In this document: positions 52,740 to 64,000 of the stretch, in pieces | Numbering within the stretch: the stretch's first letter is position 1 | Layout of the letters: the number at the start of each line of letters is the position of its first letter | Source of the DNA: Paramecium tetraurelia | Lineage: Eukaryota | DNA length: 64,000 bases | Assembly: GCA_000165425.1 (NCBI GenBank) | Contig: CT868285.1 | Span: 62,001-126,000, forward strand | Direction: 5' to 3' | Program-made: the position numbers and the translations under genes | The notes under the pieces: generated by a model | Databases searched by the model: none | What the model saw: the letters and a program-made list of their open reading frames with translations, nothing else | What the model was told of the DNA's origin: nothing

Positions 52740-55125
52740 CAAGTTCCTGGTACAAAGATTTTCTAATGCTTATTATTTAAATCCTTGGAAGACTCTATAA
52801 TCTATATAATTGAATTTTTTCTAGCAATATTTGAAATTCAATTGTTCATCAAAATAATCTAATCCATAATGGATTAGTATTACTGTTAATTTCTATATTA
52901 ATTCAGTTTAGTCTATTATGATGTGAGATTGCTTTTGCATCGTTCTTAGAATTTATTGCCACACATATAAGAAGTTAACCGCATGAGTAGGACTCTAAAT
53001 CAAAGTTAGAATTTATAAATCTGAATCAATTTAGGATCATTATTTGAGATTAAATCAATAAGATTAATCAAATTAATTATAATAAACAGGATCAATTGTT
53101 TTTACAAATTAATATTTTTTGCACTCCTCAACTAACTAATCTAACTTACAAAGTACCATAAAATTAGCAAATTTCTAAATTTTAGAATTATCCAAACCGT
53201 TCACGAGAATCCTTTAATTTTTTCTGGTCGCCAGTTCTTTCTATCAATATTTCTAGTTGGATATTTTTTATTTAACCAAAAAGAGTAGCATTTCGAACCA
53301 AATTCTAAACTTAAGGCATGTAATGAAAAAAGGAAAAGGGGGTGCATAATGATCAAATTTCTGACAAGTCCAATAAACTTACCCAAGTAATTGAAAATAT
53401 TTATAAAAAAGTGAGTTCAATTCTCAAATGTTTTAAGACATCTAAGTAGTCACTCTTAGATATTTTATGTAATTATCTGTATTCTTAAGAATTAGCTAAG
53501 GATGTCCTTGCTTATATCATATAATATTAAATACGTAAATTGAATACCTGCCATTAAGACATATTCATCAAAGTCGTCCCCCTATATCAATATCTTTTAA
53601 AAACTTATGAATTACAAATGAATATTATAATATTATTATTTTATTAACAATATCACATTTTATAATTACAGTTCCAATTTGTATAAAATAAATGCTTTGA
53701 TCATCATTACTTCAATTGCGATATTTCCAGTTGAATAATTTACTTCTGTAATTTTTTCTCATAGATCTTTTAAGAAAGGCTTTGAAACATGCATTGAGAA
53801 AAAGTAGTTTACAAAAAACTACCTCTAAGACTAATACATTAGTTCTTATTTTAATTCTGGAATCAACATTTCCTGCTCTTAATCACTAAGTCCTTATTGA
53901 TGCCAGTATTCATTAAGATATTACTTAATTGTTTTCTATAACTCAGATTTTATAATCACATATATTCTGTTTATTTATTCTATTATTTTTATTCCATAAT
54001 TTATTGATGCTCTCATTATGCTTAAATTGTTTAAGATCATATAAATTATATTCTTCCATTATTTTTAAAAGAGTTGATATTGTTTGCAAAGATATAAGTC
54101 CAAACATAACTCCCAAAAGAGACCAAGAGTAATAATCTCAATCAAATATTTACTATACCTCCATAACCCCACGGCAGTTGAGATTGTTCCTAATGCTGCA
54201 CTATGCAATCCAATCATATAAAAACACATTAAGCAAAAAAAATAACAATGACTTGTTTTCCCACTTCATAAAATACTCTCGTTTTTCTATACAGTAATAC
54301 CATTTCAATTAATTGATCATCAAATTATAAAATGAAGGTATTTAAAAACCACCAATTTTATTGTAATTTAAAGTAAAACATTAGAAAGATGAATCTTAAT
54401 TTAGAAGTGAATAGAGATAATCTAATAATTGAGATTATAAGCTAGCTCTATATAATAAAGGTTTATTGCTGTAAGATCAAAAAAGAAATTCCCATAAAAA
54501 ATTGATTGCTATTTTTCTACAGTCAGTAATCACAACTCCATGTTTATTATATGCTGTTATGAAATCCAATCCTATATCTATGATAAGTAAAAAAGATATT
54601 GAAAAGTAAAATGCTCAACTTAATATTCTGAATCTAATTCCTTAAACTAAATATAACCTAACTTTCCAAAAACCCTCTCCAATCATATTATCTATAGACA
54701 GGGATTTCAAAAATAACAACTAGAGTCAATATGCTGATAAATAGTTTCCATAAAATTATTTTTTTTGGTCTAAAAATTGGTAATTAAGAAAAAATATCAA
54801 GAATAAATTATTCAACATATTTAATTTGTGTTATACTCCTTCTAAAGATCACTACATTGTTAAGGAATCTTATCTAAAATGTATTTTTATGATTATTGTT
54901 GTTCTTTCTCTGCTCTTTCTTCTATATCTAATTCGCTCTATTCCAGAATTATTTCTCATTTAATATAATCTCTGAAAATTCTTTACGATAAATTGAGTTC
55001 TAAACTAAAGTCACATCTGTTTTCCTAATGATGATATCAAAAAATAATTGGTTTCCTAATTATTAAAATAATATAATCTTAATAACCAATAACTACATCC
55101 ACCTTAATAATTCATTTAATCTCAT
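52740..55125 (-). pseudogene. Decayed cyclic-nucleotide-binding K+ channel (KCNH/CNG-like) gene
   Basis: Recognisable fragments in shifting frames with many TGAs: WKLFISILTLVVIFEIP (S1), DIGLDFITAYNKHGVVITDCRKIAINF (S2-S3), ALGTISTAVG/YGG (frameshifted pore, about 54160-54195), IFANNINS (S6), and C-linker-like YLNEYW..., SKPFLKDL. Boundaries approximate. Confidence 0.7.
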
Positions 55126-55426
55126 TCCATAGAATAATGATGAATTAACTTAAACTTTTATCCTGATTATATAATATAAAATTTTGAGTTAAAAAATGAT
55201 ATTAATATATAAGTTCCTCAAGCAGAGTGATGGATTTTCGCAAATGATTATTGACTTATTATTGTTATATTATCTTAGATTCTTCAATACCTGAAATTTA
55301 AAATTAATACCTTTAGTTCATAGATTTCATTTATTTTTATATGTAAATTACAATTATATGATAATGCATTCCTTTATACAAAGACAATTAATAAATATTA
55401 ATATAATTTTAATTTAAAAAAAATGG

Positions 55427-55432
55427 AAAAAA
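55427..55432 (-). terminator. RNA polymerase III oligo-T terminator of tRNA-Asn
   Basis: T6 run on the minus strand 1 nt after the tRNA discriminator base. Confidence 0.75.
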
Positions 55433-55433
55433 G

Positions 55434-55506
55434 CGCTAATGGAAGGGTTTGAACCTTCGACCTGTTGGTTAACAGCCAACCGCTCTGCCGACTGAGCTAC
55501 ATCAGC
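55434..55506 (-). tRNA. tRNA-Asn (GTT)
   Basis: Reverse complement folds as GCTGATG-TA-GCTCAGTCGGCAGAGC-G-GTTGG-CTGTTAA-CCAAC-AGGTC-GAAGG-TTCAAAC-CCTTC-CATTAGC-G; anticodon GTT. Confidence 0.96.
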
Positions 55507-55716
55507 GTGTTCGAAAGATTAAGTGTTGAATAGGATTAATATTGATGGTGGAAAGGGCATCATGAATAAATATGATTTTTGTCATTCATTTATAATACTA
55601 AAATTTATGAAAATGGAATTTTTAATTTTTATACTAAAATTATACTTAATAATTACTATTGATTATTTTTTAAATATAAATTATGTAAAAATAATATAGA
55701 AAATAGATTAAAATGT

Positions 55717-56927
55717 TCAGATATTCTTGAATCCATGTTCTAAATCTTTAATTAAATCGCTAACATGTTCTAAACCTGCTGAAAGTCGTATGAGATTTTA
55801 AGTGATTCCAAGTTCTTGTCTTCTTTCCTCAGTTAAGCCTGAATGAGTCATTTTTGCTGGAATTTATATTAAACCTAAAATAGATACAATATTATACTTT
55901 CTACTCCTCCCAAGCTTACAGCCATAGTGAATAATTCAAGTCCCTTCATCATTCTTTCTGCTTCAGCAGCTCCCCCTTTAATATAAAAACTAATCATCGC
56001 TCCTCCAGCTCTCATTTATTTTCTTGCCAAATCGTGCTGAGGATGACTCTCTAATCCAGGGTAGAGTACCTTTTCTATTTTTGGATGGCCCTCAAGGTAC
56101 TTAGCCAAAATATAAGCATTCTTAATTTATTATTTCATTCTGACTTCAAGAGTTTTTAAACTTCTTGTTACTAAGTAGCAATCAAATGGACTTGGACATC
56201 CTCCTGTTAGATAGGAAATCTTAAATAAATTGTCATATAATTCTTTATTTCTGCAACTCAGAGTACCAAATATGATATCTGAATGTCCTCCTAGATATTT
56301 TGTGCCTGAGTTTAATGTTATATCGGCTCCTAAGTTTGAGGGTGTTTAAAGGTAGGGTGTTGCAAATGTATTATCGACTGCAACAATTACATTATTTTTA
56401 ATTTATCTGACTACCTAACAAAGTTCTTTAATATCAGTTAATTTCATAGTTGGGTTAGTTGGAGTTTCCAAGTAAACTAGCTAGACATTTTGGTTCATTT
56501 GCTTTCTCACTTCATCTATATTTGTCATATCTACAAATTTAACTTTAATTCCATGTTTATCCATTGCAATGGCCTTTAAATAGCCAATTGTTCCTCCATA
56601 AAGATCATCCATAGCAAGCATCTCATCTCCCTCTTTCAGGAGGTTGATCACACATTGAATTGCAGCCATTCCTGAACTGAAAGCTATGGCATAGTTGTTT
56701 TGTTCTATTTCTGCTACTATTTCTTCCACTACTGTTCGAGTAGGGTTCCCACATCTGGTGTAAAAGTAACCTTTCCCAAATGAGTCTACATCTTTCAATT
56801 CAAATGTTGAACTCATGTAAATTGGAGGATTCACTGCTCCATAAGCTTAGTCACATCTTTTATGAATAGTTTTTGTGGCAATAGTGAACTCGGTGTCGAA
56901 TAAATAATCTTCTTCTTAAACTAACAT
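55717..56927 (-). CDS. CTH: Cystathionine gamma-lyase (Cys/Met metabolism PLP enzyme)
   Basis: [61 protein letters not shown] (PLP Lys), [38 protein letters not shown]. Confidence 0.9.
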
Positions 56928-57750
56928 ATCTGTATTATAATTTAAATCCTTTTTGACAATTGGATTTTAATAATTGGAGCAAATGCGTACTATTTCAATG
57001 ATGCGTCACCCCATTTTTGCACTCTAGTTATTTATAGAATTTAGTAAGTATAAAATTTGTGATTTCAGTATTAAATTTTGATATTTTTAAGAATTAACAA
57101 AGTTGCTAATTTTTGTGTAAAATGTGAACCGAAAATCTCAAATTATTATTCTATGTAATAATAATTATTATTATATCAATAGATTCGTTAAAAATTATTA
57201 ACCTCTATACATATATAAAAACCATGAATTCGCTTTTTCTTAATTTTCATACAATTGTTATTAAATAGTAATACCTAAGCTTTTATAAAACTCCAAGCCA
57301 AAATATCAATGTTCATTCTCAAATATGCATGAAGTTCAACGTTCATGATAAGATAAGTTTTAAATGAAAATGTCATTTAGTAAAACTAAAAATTCTCAAA
57401 ACTGTTTGGAATTTATGATAAACTCAATTTAATTCATTCTTTATTTTAAGATTAGAGTCAACTTTACGTTTAAGTAATTTACTACTATTATACTATATAC
57501 TCGATATAAATATATAAAATGTATAAATTTTATTATAAAATTTTTTTTTCTTTATCACCTTCAATTCTTCTCAATCAGATCCTAATTCTATGATAAACAG
57601 AAGATTATAAATGGTTGTAAGGATTAAGATACATATTAATAATATTAGAATTACGAATATCAAAATTACGTAATTCAAATTTTATGGGGGTGGTTTATAA
57701 GAATATTTGGTAAATTTAAATCCTAGATATTTTATCGAATAATATTATCA

Positions 57751-58175
57751 ATGAAATCAGTCCTTATTGCTCTTCTTGCTATTGCTGTCATCGCTGACGA
57801 AGCTTGCGTCAAAGAAAAGTGCCCCAAAGAATACAATGCTTGTGTTGCTGAGGTCTTTGGCTGTGCTTCAAAAGCTTTAAACTGCAAAAATAAATGCGGA
57901 GAAACAGACCCATGCTATCGTGACTGTGCTTATGAATCCAAAAACAAGAAATTGATTGACTTGTACTTATTAAAATAGAAATTATTAGATATGAATGTGG
58001 ACTTAAATACTGCCCCAACACTGGATATTGGGATCTCATTCTCTAAGGATGTAATGTCGAATAATGCGTTGCTGATTTCTAAGCTGAATGCTTATAATCC
58101 GTTAACCTTAGATCAGTAGAATGTTTGATGGGCTTTTCACAAAGACATCCAGAATGCGATTGCTTAAACGAATGA
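57751..58175 (+). CDS. Small secreted Cys-rich protein (16 Cys)
   Basis: Signal peptide MKSVLIALLAIAVIA, one 26-nt intron near 57963-57988, ends HPECDCLNE-TGA. Confidence 0.85.
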
Positions 58176-58302
58176 TGCTATATACAGTTTAATATTCATA
58201 TATATCACACATAAAAAAGATTGTTCTAATATTCTGAGACACAGTTAAAATATATATCCTCATACCATTTAATAGGTTGATATTGTGTTATAATTAAATT
58301 TA

Positions 58303-58996
58303 ATGTCTGAATTAGAAGAACTCAAATTAGATTTAGCTGAAGTCCAATAAGTACTTTCAACTCTTAAACGCCAAACCAATATCGACCACTTGAATAATAG
58401 AGTCAAATTTTTAGAAAACTCTATTAAAATATTAACTCCTTAAAAAGTTGAATAGCCAGAATAATAACAATAATAAAAAGATTAGGACACTCTAATATAT
58501 CAAGGAATTACAAAATATGCTTGGGATTAAGAAGGGAATAAAGTCAAAGTGTTTTTGAATTTAGAGGGAATTGGCTAGTTTCCTAAAGAGAATATCACTT
58601 CTTTTTTTGCTCCAAATAGTGTAGATGTCAAAATTAAGGGCTACAAAGGTCTTAATCACAGGTATAATTATTGAATAACTTTTAGATTTTCTATTAAAAA
58701 AACATTTGATGAATTGAAAAATAAAGAATGTTCTATCAAAGTAACCAACAATTCCATTGTTGTAAATTTGGTTAAGAAAGACCCATAGAATTGGGATTAA
58801 CTAAATTATAAGGGGAAAATAGTAAATAATAGTAAATATGCAGATCGATACAGACCCATCCAAATTAGATCAATCGGACCCACAAGCATCTTTAATGACT
58901 ATGATGAAAGAAATGTATTAGAATGGTGATGAAAATATGAAACGAACTATAGCCTAAGCCTGGTCTAAATCATAGGAGGAATAAGGTATGAAATGA
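58303..58996 (+). CDS. CACYBP: Calcyclin-binding protein / Siah-interacting protein (CS + SGS domains)
   Basis: LEELKLDLAEV, ITKYAWDQ...VKVFLNLEGI (CS domain), DPQASLMTMMKEMYQNGDENMKRTIAQAW (SGS domain). Confidence 0.93.
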
Positions 58997-59114
58997 GTTT
59001 TAGAATAAATAAAAATATTTGTTAATTATTTCTATTTAATAGATTGAGTTCGAAAAAGATAATGTTAAAGAGTATATATCAAGAAATAAACTTAATAGAA
59101 ACACAATTGACAAA

Positions 59115-59582
59115 TCATTTACTAGCTTCAATTAAATCTTAATCTAATTGTGTTTCATTGATTTCCTAATCTACAACAAAACCTTCATCCAATAAATTAT
59201 CAAAATCCTTATCACTTAGTAATTCTAAAAATCTCATTAAATTAACTACCATGTTACTAAATTTTGGGTTTTGCATTATTCGTTTATGCATTTTTTAAAT
59301 CGCTCAATTATTTCTATAACTACTTATCTCTTTGATTAATTTCATTGAACTTCTTAATTGCTTCTTTTAAATCTTATTCTTATTGTTCTACCTATTTAAT
59401 AAAATCTTCATCAATTTCCTCAATTAATTATTCATTCTCTTGCAACTAAACCATTTTAAACTAATATCTACTTAGATATATTGTGATTATTGCTTTTCAA
59501 CTTCCTTCTGTCCCAATCCTTAACCAATTTTAAAGCAAATAATAGAAATTACAACTAGTAATGCCAAGTGTAATATTTCCAT
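59115..59582 (-). CDS. Small protein with N-terminal TM/signal anchor and acidic coiled coil
   Basis: MEILHLALLVVISIICFKIG..., two tiny introns, TGA at 59115. Confidence 0.6.
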
Positions 59583-60080
59583 TAATTACAATAAATAAAT
59601 AATATTTCATATATGTCGTTATTTCACATTCGTTTTCTTAATTCCAACCCCTATTTCTAAAGTGTATCTCTATAATCATACTAATTCCTTGACATTTTTC
59701 ATTAAAACATCAAAACTTTAGTTCTCATTATAGTCTAGTTTTTGTTATTTGTCTATTTGAATCTTGGATATATTCAAGATATTCTAGCTTATTAGTTTAA
59801 TAAGAATCTCTAGCTCTATAAGATTTTGCATCAAAGCATGGATTTAAAATATTAAGAAATCCAATCATAATTTACTAAAAGCTACTTTTATAGTTAAATT
59901 TAGGGTGAATTCAGTATGAGATTTGTTAAGTATCTACCAAGATTTATAGGAACAATTTCATAATCTATTTGCTTTTGAAATAAAATTTATTAAGTTAATG
60001 GAAGGTTTCTGTATGAATTTAGATGTTAATGTTAAATTTTATATGACATTTATCTTTATATTTTTGACATATTATAATAA

Positions 60081-61759
60081 TCACATATTTAGAAAATCAA
60101 TTAAATCCTTTTTATTATTTTAGGTTTATTATTGGTTGTTAAATTGGGTTTAGGGATGTGAATACATTTATTAATTTGAATAATTTTGAGATTGATTCTA
60201 ATTAAATTATGATTACTATTGCGGAACTTAATTAACGATTTAAGGTTATTGATAAAATTATTAAGGAGAATAGAGTAAATTAATTGGTTGCTGAACTTAT
60301 TAATTATTTTAGATTGTCTATTATTACTATTATTATTAATCTTTTTTTAAGAATCCAAAGGCATTTTTCTTTGGCTAAGTCTACTATTGATTTGTTGTCT
60401 ATGGATTAAGTAAATCATCAAAACTTATTCCATTCTAATTCTACTATTATTATTATTAGTAATTTTATTATTATTATTATTATTAGTTATTTTATTATTA
60501 TTATTAGGATTAAATTAATGGTTATTGCTAGTATGAATACTATTATTAAGATTATAATTATGTTGGTTACGACTATTATTAATTATAATTTTATAAAGAA
60601 ATGTCACTAAATGCATCCAATAAATTAATTTATTATGTATTTTTCAGTTATACTTATTATTATTATTACTACACAATAGGTTATTATTATTATACTATAG
60701 GCTATTATTATTTTTGTACAATAGGCTATTATTATGTTTAGACAGTTGGTTATTTAATTTTTAGTTATTTTAAATTAAGTTTTTATTGTTGTTGCTTTTA
60801 TTATTATGAGTCATTATTGGATGCATCCAAAATATCTATTAAATTCGTCTGTTAGTTTTATACAGGTTATTATGTTTTAGGAGGTTCTCTAAATTCAAAT
60901 TAAAATTCCTTATGATTTAATAATTTTTAATTACTTTTTGCTTTTAAACTTGTTAACCGTTAACTTCAGCTAAAGTTTAATCAATGGCACCTGAAAGTAA
61001 TTATTGATCAGTTTCTACCCTCAGATATTATTAATTGATTAAGAAGAATTCTCTGTAATTTTAATACTATTAACAAACATATTGAATAGCATAGATGCAT
61101 CTCTAATAATTTAATGAAAATGATACAATCTACACTTTCCAGTTATCTTCACTATGCAATTTATTTAAAAGTATGCTTCCTATAAGTTATTCTTAAATAG
61201 TTGCAATGGCTCTTGTAAACTCTTTTAGAACATTATCACTTTGCTTTAACTTAATTCCACCTAATTTAATGGCTTCATCTACAAGATGAAATTCATAATC
61301 ACTAAAAATTAAAACTTTTTATACAATCCTCCTAATTCTAATTCCTCGTAAGTTAACAGCTGACCTCTTTTATAATCCGTAACTCTACTCAATTAAATAT
61401 TCCCTAAAGCAGGTTAAGGAGGTAAAAGAACATCTTGATTATTTTTTTAATCAATATTTTATTTTGGTGGAGTATCGTTCAATAAATTAATTGAGTTAGT
61501 TGCTTTATTGGTTGAGACACTAATTTGTTCTGGTTAAGGCAAAGGTTCATCATCCCAACCTTGTTATTATGCAGTTAATCTTACCTCCACCTGGTCTTCC
61601 TTTTTGTCTCGGTTAATTAGATTAGGTTAATTACACAGCAGGGATTATTGGTGGCTAATAAGTTCCAGCTTATTGACCAAAAGATGTATTTTCCAATTTT
61701 ATCCCGTTTGGAGTATCAGCAGTTGTCTACTTCTTAAATTTATTCAAAATAGATGACAT
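60081..61759 (-). CDS. Tepsin-like VHS/ENTH-like domain protein with Gln/Asn-rich tail
   Basis: YEFHLVDEAIKLGGIKLKQSDNVLKEF...LLNKLHSEDNWKVQIRCIYAI, followed by a poly-Q tail containing NLIDILD, NLLDAFSD and DLIDFL motifs. Confidence 0.6.
60320..60810. repeat. Degenerate (TTA/CTA/TTG)n tract: poly-Gln coding on the minus strand
   Basis: TAA/TAG/CAA codons in frame within gene 60081-61759. Confidence 0.8.
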
Positions 61760-61905
61760 GTTAAACTTTAATTATCTAAATTAATTATTTTCAATATGTG
61801 GAAAAAGCAATATATATGATATCTTATTTTACACATTTGGTTTTCATTTTAAGATAGCGTAAATGATTAAATAAATACTATATATTTGAGCACTCTTAAA
61901 AAAGA

Positions 61906-63859
61906 TCACTTTTTTGCCTTTTTCTTCTTGGAACCTTTTTATCCCTTAATTGCTTATTAACTTTTTAATTCATCTTCTTTCTATTTAGCTTCAAGGGCTT
62001 TTTCTTTCTCAAATTCAAGTCTTGCTTCTCTTTATTTCCTTCGCAATTCGTCTAAATTATCAGCCTAAAAATTAATAATATATCTTTACAATATTTTCAC
62101 TAAATGCTTCATCATCAAGAGAGATTTCTTCTTCTTATGATTCTTTAAATTTATCTTCTTCAGTCATTCCTTTTAATTATTACTTCTTAGCCAAATACAA
62201 TAACTTATATTAAGCCAATATTTTTTTCTTCAAAATCTCAGCGGTTTCGTCTTTCAAAGAAGAATCACCTACTCTGTTCTCTAAATCATCATGATTTAAT
62301 CTGGCTACATGAGATTTTAAGTTTTATCTAATTTAAATAAGAGATGTTACACTTTGATAAGATTATGAATGATGTCATCATTAACTTATCCTGCTTATGT
62401 TAATCTTCTTTAATCAACAGGAATTTTGAAATAGATATCAATATCATTCATTTATAACTTATTGGCATCAACAAACAACTCTTTATCTTTAAGTAAGACA
62501 GCATGTTCTTAAAACAACTGTTTACCTGTTTTAGCAAAGGATTCATATTCTAATTCTAATTTCATTCTTCTTAAATTATCTACTAATTTTTGTGCTTAAT
62601 TGCCTAACTTCTCTATTTTTTCATCAATTAATTATTAAGATTCCCCACTTTAATCTTCATTTTTAAGCTTAAACAATGTATATTCATCTATTTTTCTATA
62701 TAACCACTTAATTTGCAATCTGGACAATCTTTCCTATGGTGACTCAAATAGTGAATATGTATTTTAAGCTTTGATGTTTGCATCCTATAACACTTTTTGA
62801 ATAGCAAATTCTGCATCCTCATTGTAATGTTTCCTATTGCGTTTTTATTCCTAAAGTCTTACCTCAAGTTCCTATTATAGTGTATCTAAATGTTCATGAT
62901 GTGAGTATTCAAAATCAAGATCATCGTATAGTTTTGTTATATAAAATATTCCCTTTCCAATTTAATTTTGAAGATTCTCTGGGAGATCTTCAGGTATAAC
63001 CAATTCACCTTCTTCATCAAAAGTAATATTGTAATGCTTAATGACTTTCAAATATTTCCTTAATCTATTCTTTATTTTAGATGGTGATTGTCTAATATTT
63101 TACAGAATCTATTTATCACTTAGACCATTCAATTTATCTTGTGTTGCTACTCTGTTATAATAACAATTAAAGACATTTGTTGCTCTCTCTGCAAATGTTT
63201 CTTCATCTTCTTTGTGTGTTGTCTCCACTGGCTTATCATCATGATGAACTACTTTTATTAGAGATTTTTTGTAATTATCCATCAAAGCTTAAGTTTCAGG
63301 GTCCAAAGGGGAGTTTTTTTCAAACTCTTAGATTTTTAAATCTCTCAATAGTCTATCTCTTTTTAGTCTCTATTCAAACTCTATTTCTTATTAGGCTAAT
63401 GTCATAAATGACCTTGCTTGATTTGTGATTGCTAAATTATTTGCTATTTTGGTTTAATCTATTTTTCTTTACATTTTTGCTTAAAATGCCATTTCTGCTT
63501 TTTCAAAAGCCTATTCTTATTATATTTTTATATACCTTATCAAAATGATATCCCTTTTTTCTCAATGTATTAAACATCTTCAAAAAGCGAAATAATGATC
63601 CTTCATTTTTATTTTCCGCAAGTCCTTCCTTTACTAATGGAGCATATTTAAGATCTGGATATCTATGCATTAATTTGTTTAGCACTTTTTGATTCTCAGT
63701 GTCATTTATTTCTTCTCTCAATGGAAATCCAAGATTTGTTTCAGGTGGTCTAATTGCATAAACAAGGGGATTGTGCTATTTGGGATTAAGCATTTTAAGC
63801 CTACGGAACATTTCAAATCCATCATAAAATGGAAGTTTTGAATATTACCGTAAATACAT
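61906..63859 (-). CDS. Hypothetical protein, possibly mitoribosomal mS23-like N-terminus with long extension
   Basis: MYLRQYSK...VYAIRPP...KLMHRYPDLK...FLKMFNTLRKKGYHFDKAFEKAE, with a Lys-rich C-terminus. The family call is from recalled pattern only. Confidence 0.6.
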
Positions 63860-64000
63860 TAATTATTTTTAATATTTAGATTGATTTTATAAAAGGAGAT
63901 GATTCTAAAATATATTGAATTTTTAATCATAATTATTATCATAAAATTTGAAGAACTTTGTTTTTCTTACCTCTCAATTCATACTTTTTGGAAATATTGA

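Noticed and set aside
55137..55295. Box C/D-like motifs (ATGATGA...CTGA) near the tRNA
   Set aside because: Spacing too short or box C imperfect, and no recognisable rRNA guide; such motifs are expected by chance.
59590..60070. Minus-strand fragment QKQIDYEIVPINL resembling a GST-zeta N-terminus
   Set aside because: The match is short and all downstream frames are broken. It may be a relic, but is not supportable without alignment.
60144..60156. TTGGGTTTAGGG telomere-like sequence
   Set aside because: Only two imperfect units, inside a coding exon.
60320..60810. TTA-rich repeat tract as a satellite, CRISPR array or telomere
   Set aside because: It is in-frame poly-Gln coding on the minus strand, with no repeat-spacer structure and no G3-4T2-3 arrays.
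17685..63859. Clustering of mitochondrial genes (Tim23-like, bS18, bL36, Lon, possible mS23)
   Set aside because: They are scattered among about 45 genes at a frequency compatible with chance.
1..64000. Transposons, CRISPR arrays, rRNA or prokaryotic defence systems
   Set aside because: No transposase or RT motifs, terminal repeats, repeat-spacer arrays or rRNA-like sequence seen; the DNA is eukaryotic and appears somatic.

Overview
This is AT-rich, gene-dense eukaryotic DNA that only reads properly in the ciliate nuclear code (TAA/TAG = Gln, TGA = stop). It has many 20-35 nt GT-AG introns and intergenic gaps often under 50 bp, which fits a Paramecium-type macronuclear chromosome. The supplied standard-code ORF track therefore fragments or mis-frames most genes. 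Hand translation gives about 45 gene models. Recognisable ones include a P4-ATPase, ATG5, a FYVE/TBC-like protein, a TmcB-like PAS membrane protein, ALG14, CFAP20/BUG22, Tim23-like, NT5C3, DCAF7, a kinase, a DHHC enzyme, NAA20, LSM7, mitoribosomal bS18/bL36/possible mS23, an M14 carboxypeptidase, HSF, a SAM methyltransferase, cystathionine beta-synthase (CBS), a WD40 protein, mitochondrial Lon, p24, cystathionine gamma-lyase (CGL), CacyBP and a tepsin-like protein. There is also one tRNA-Asn and a decayed KCNH/CNG-type channel pseudogene. The most notable observations are: (1) a possible sulfur/transsulfuration neighbourhood (methyltransferase 9 bp head-to-head with a heme-motif CBS, with CGL about 10.5 kb away); (2) divergent gene pairs with only 9-17 bp between start codons; (3) a small secreted 16-Cys protein whose Cys spacing resembles the violaxanthin de-epoxidase N-domain. 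All models were read by eye, so exon boundaries and family calls are unverified by any search.
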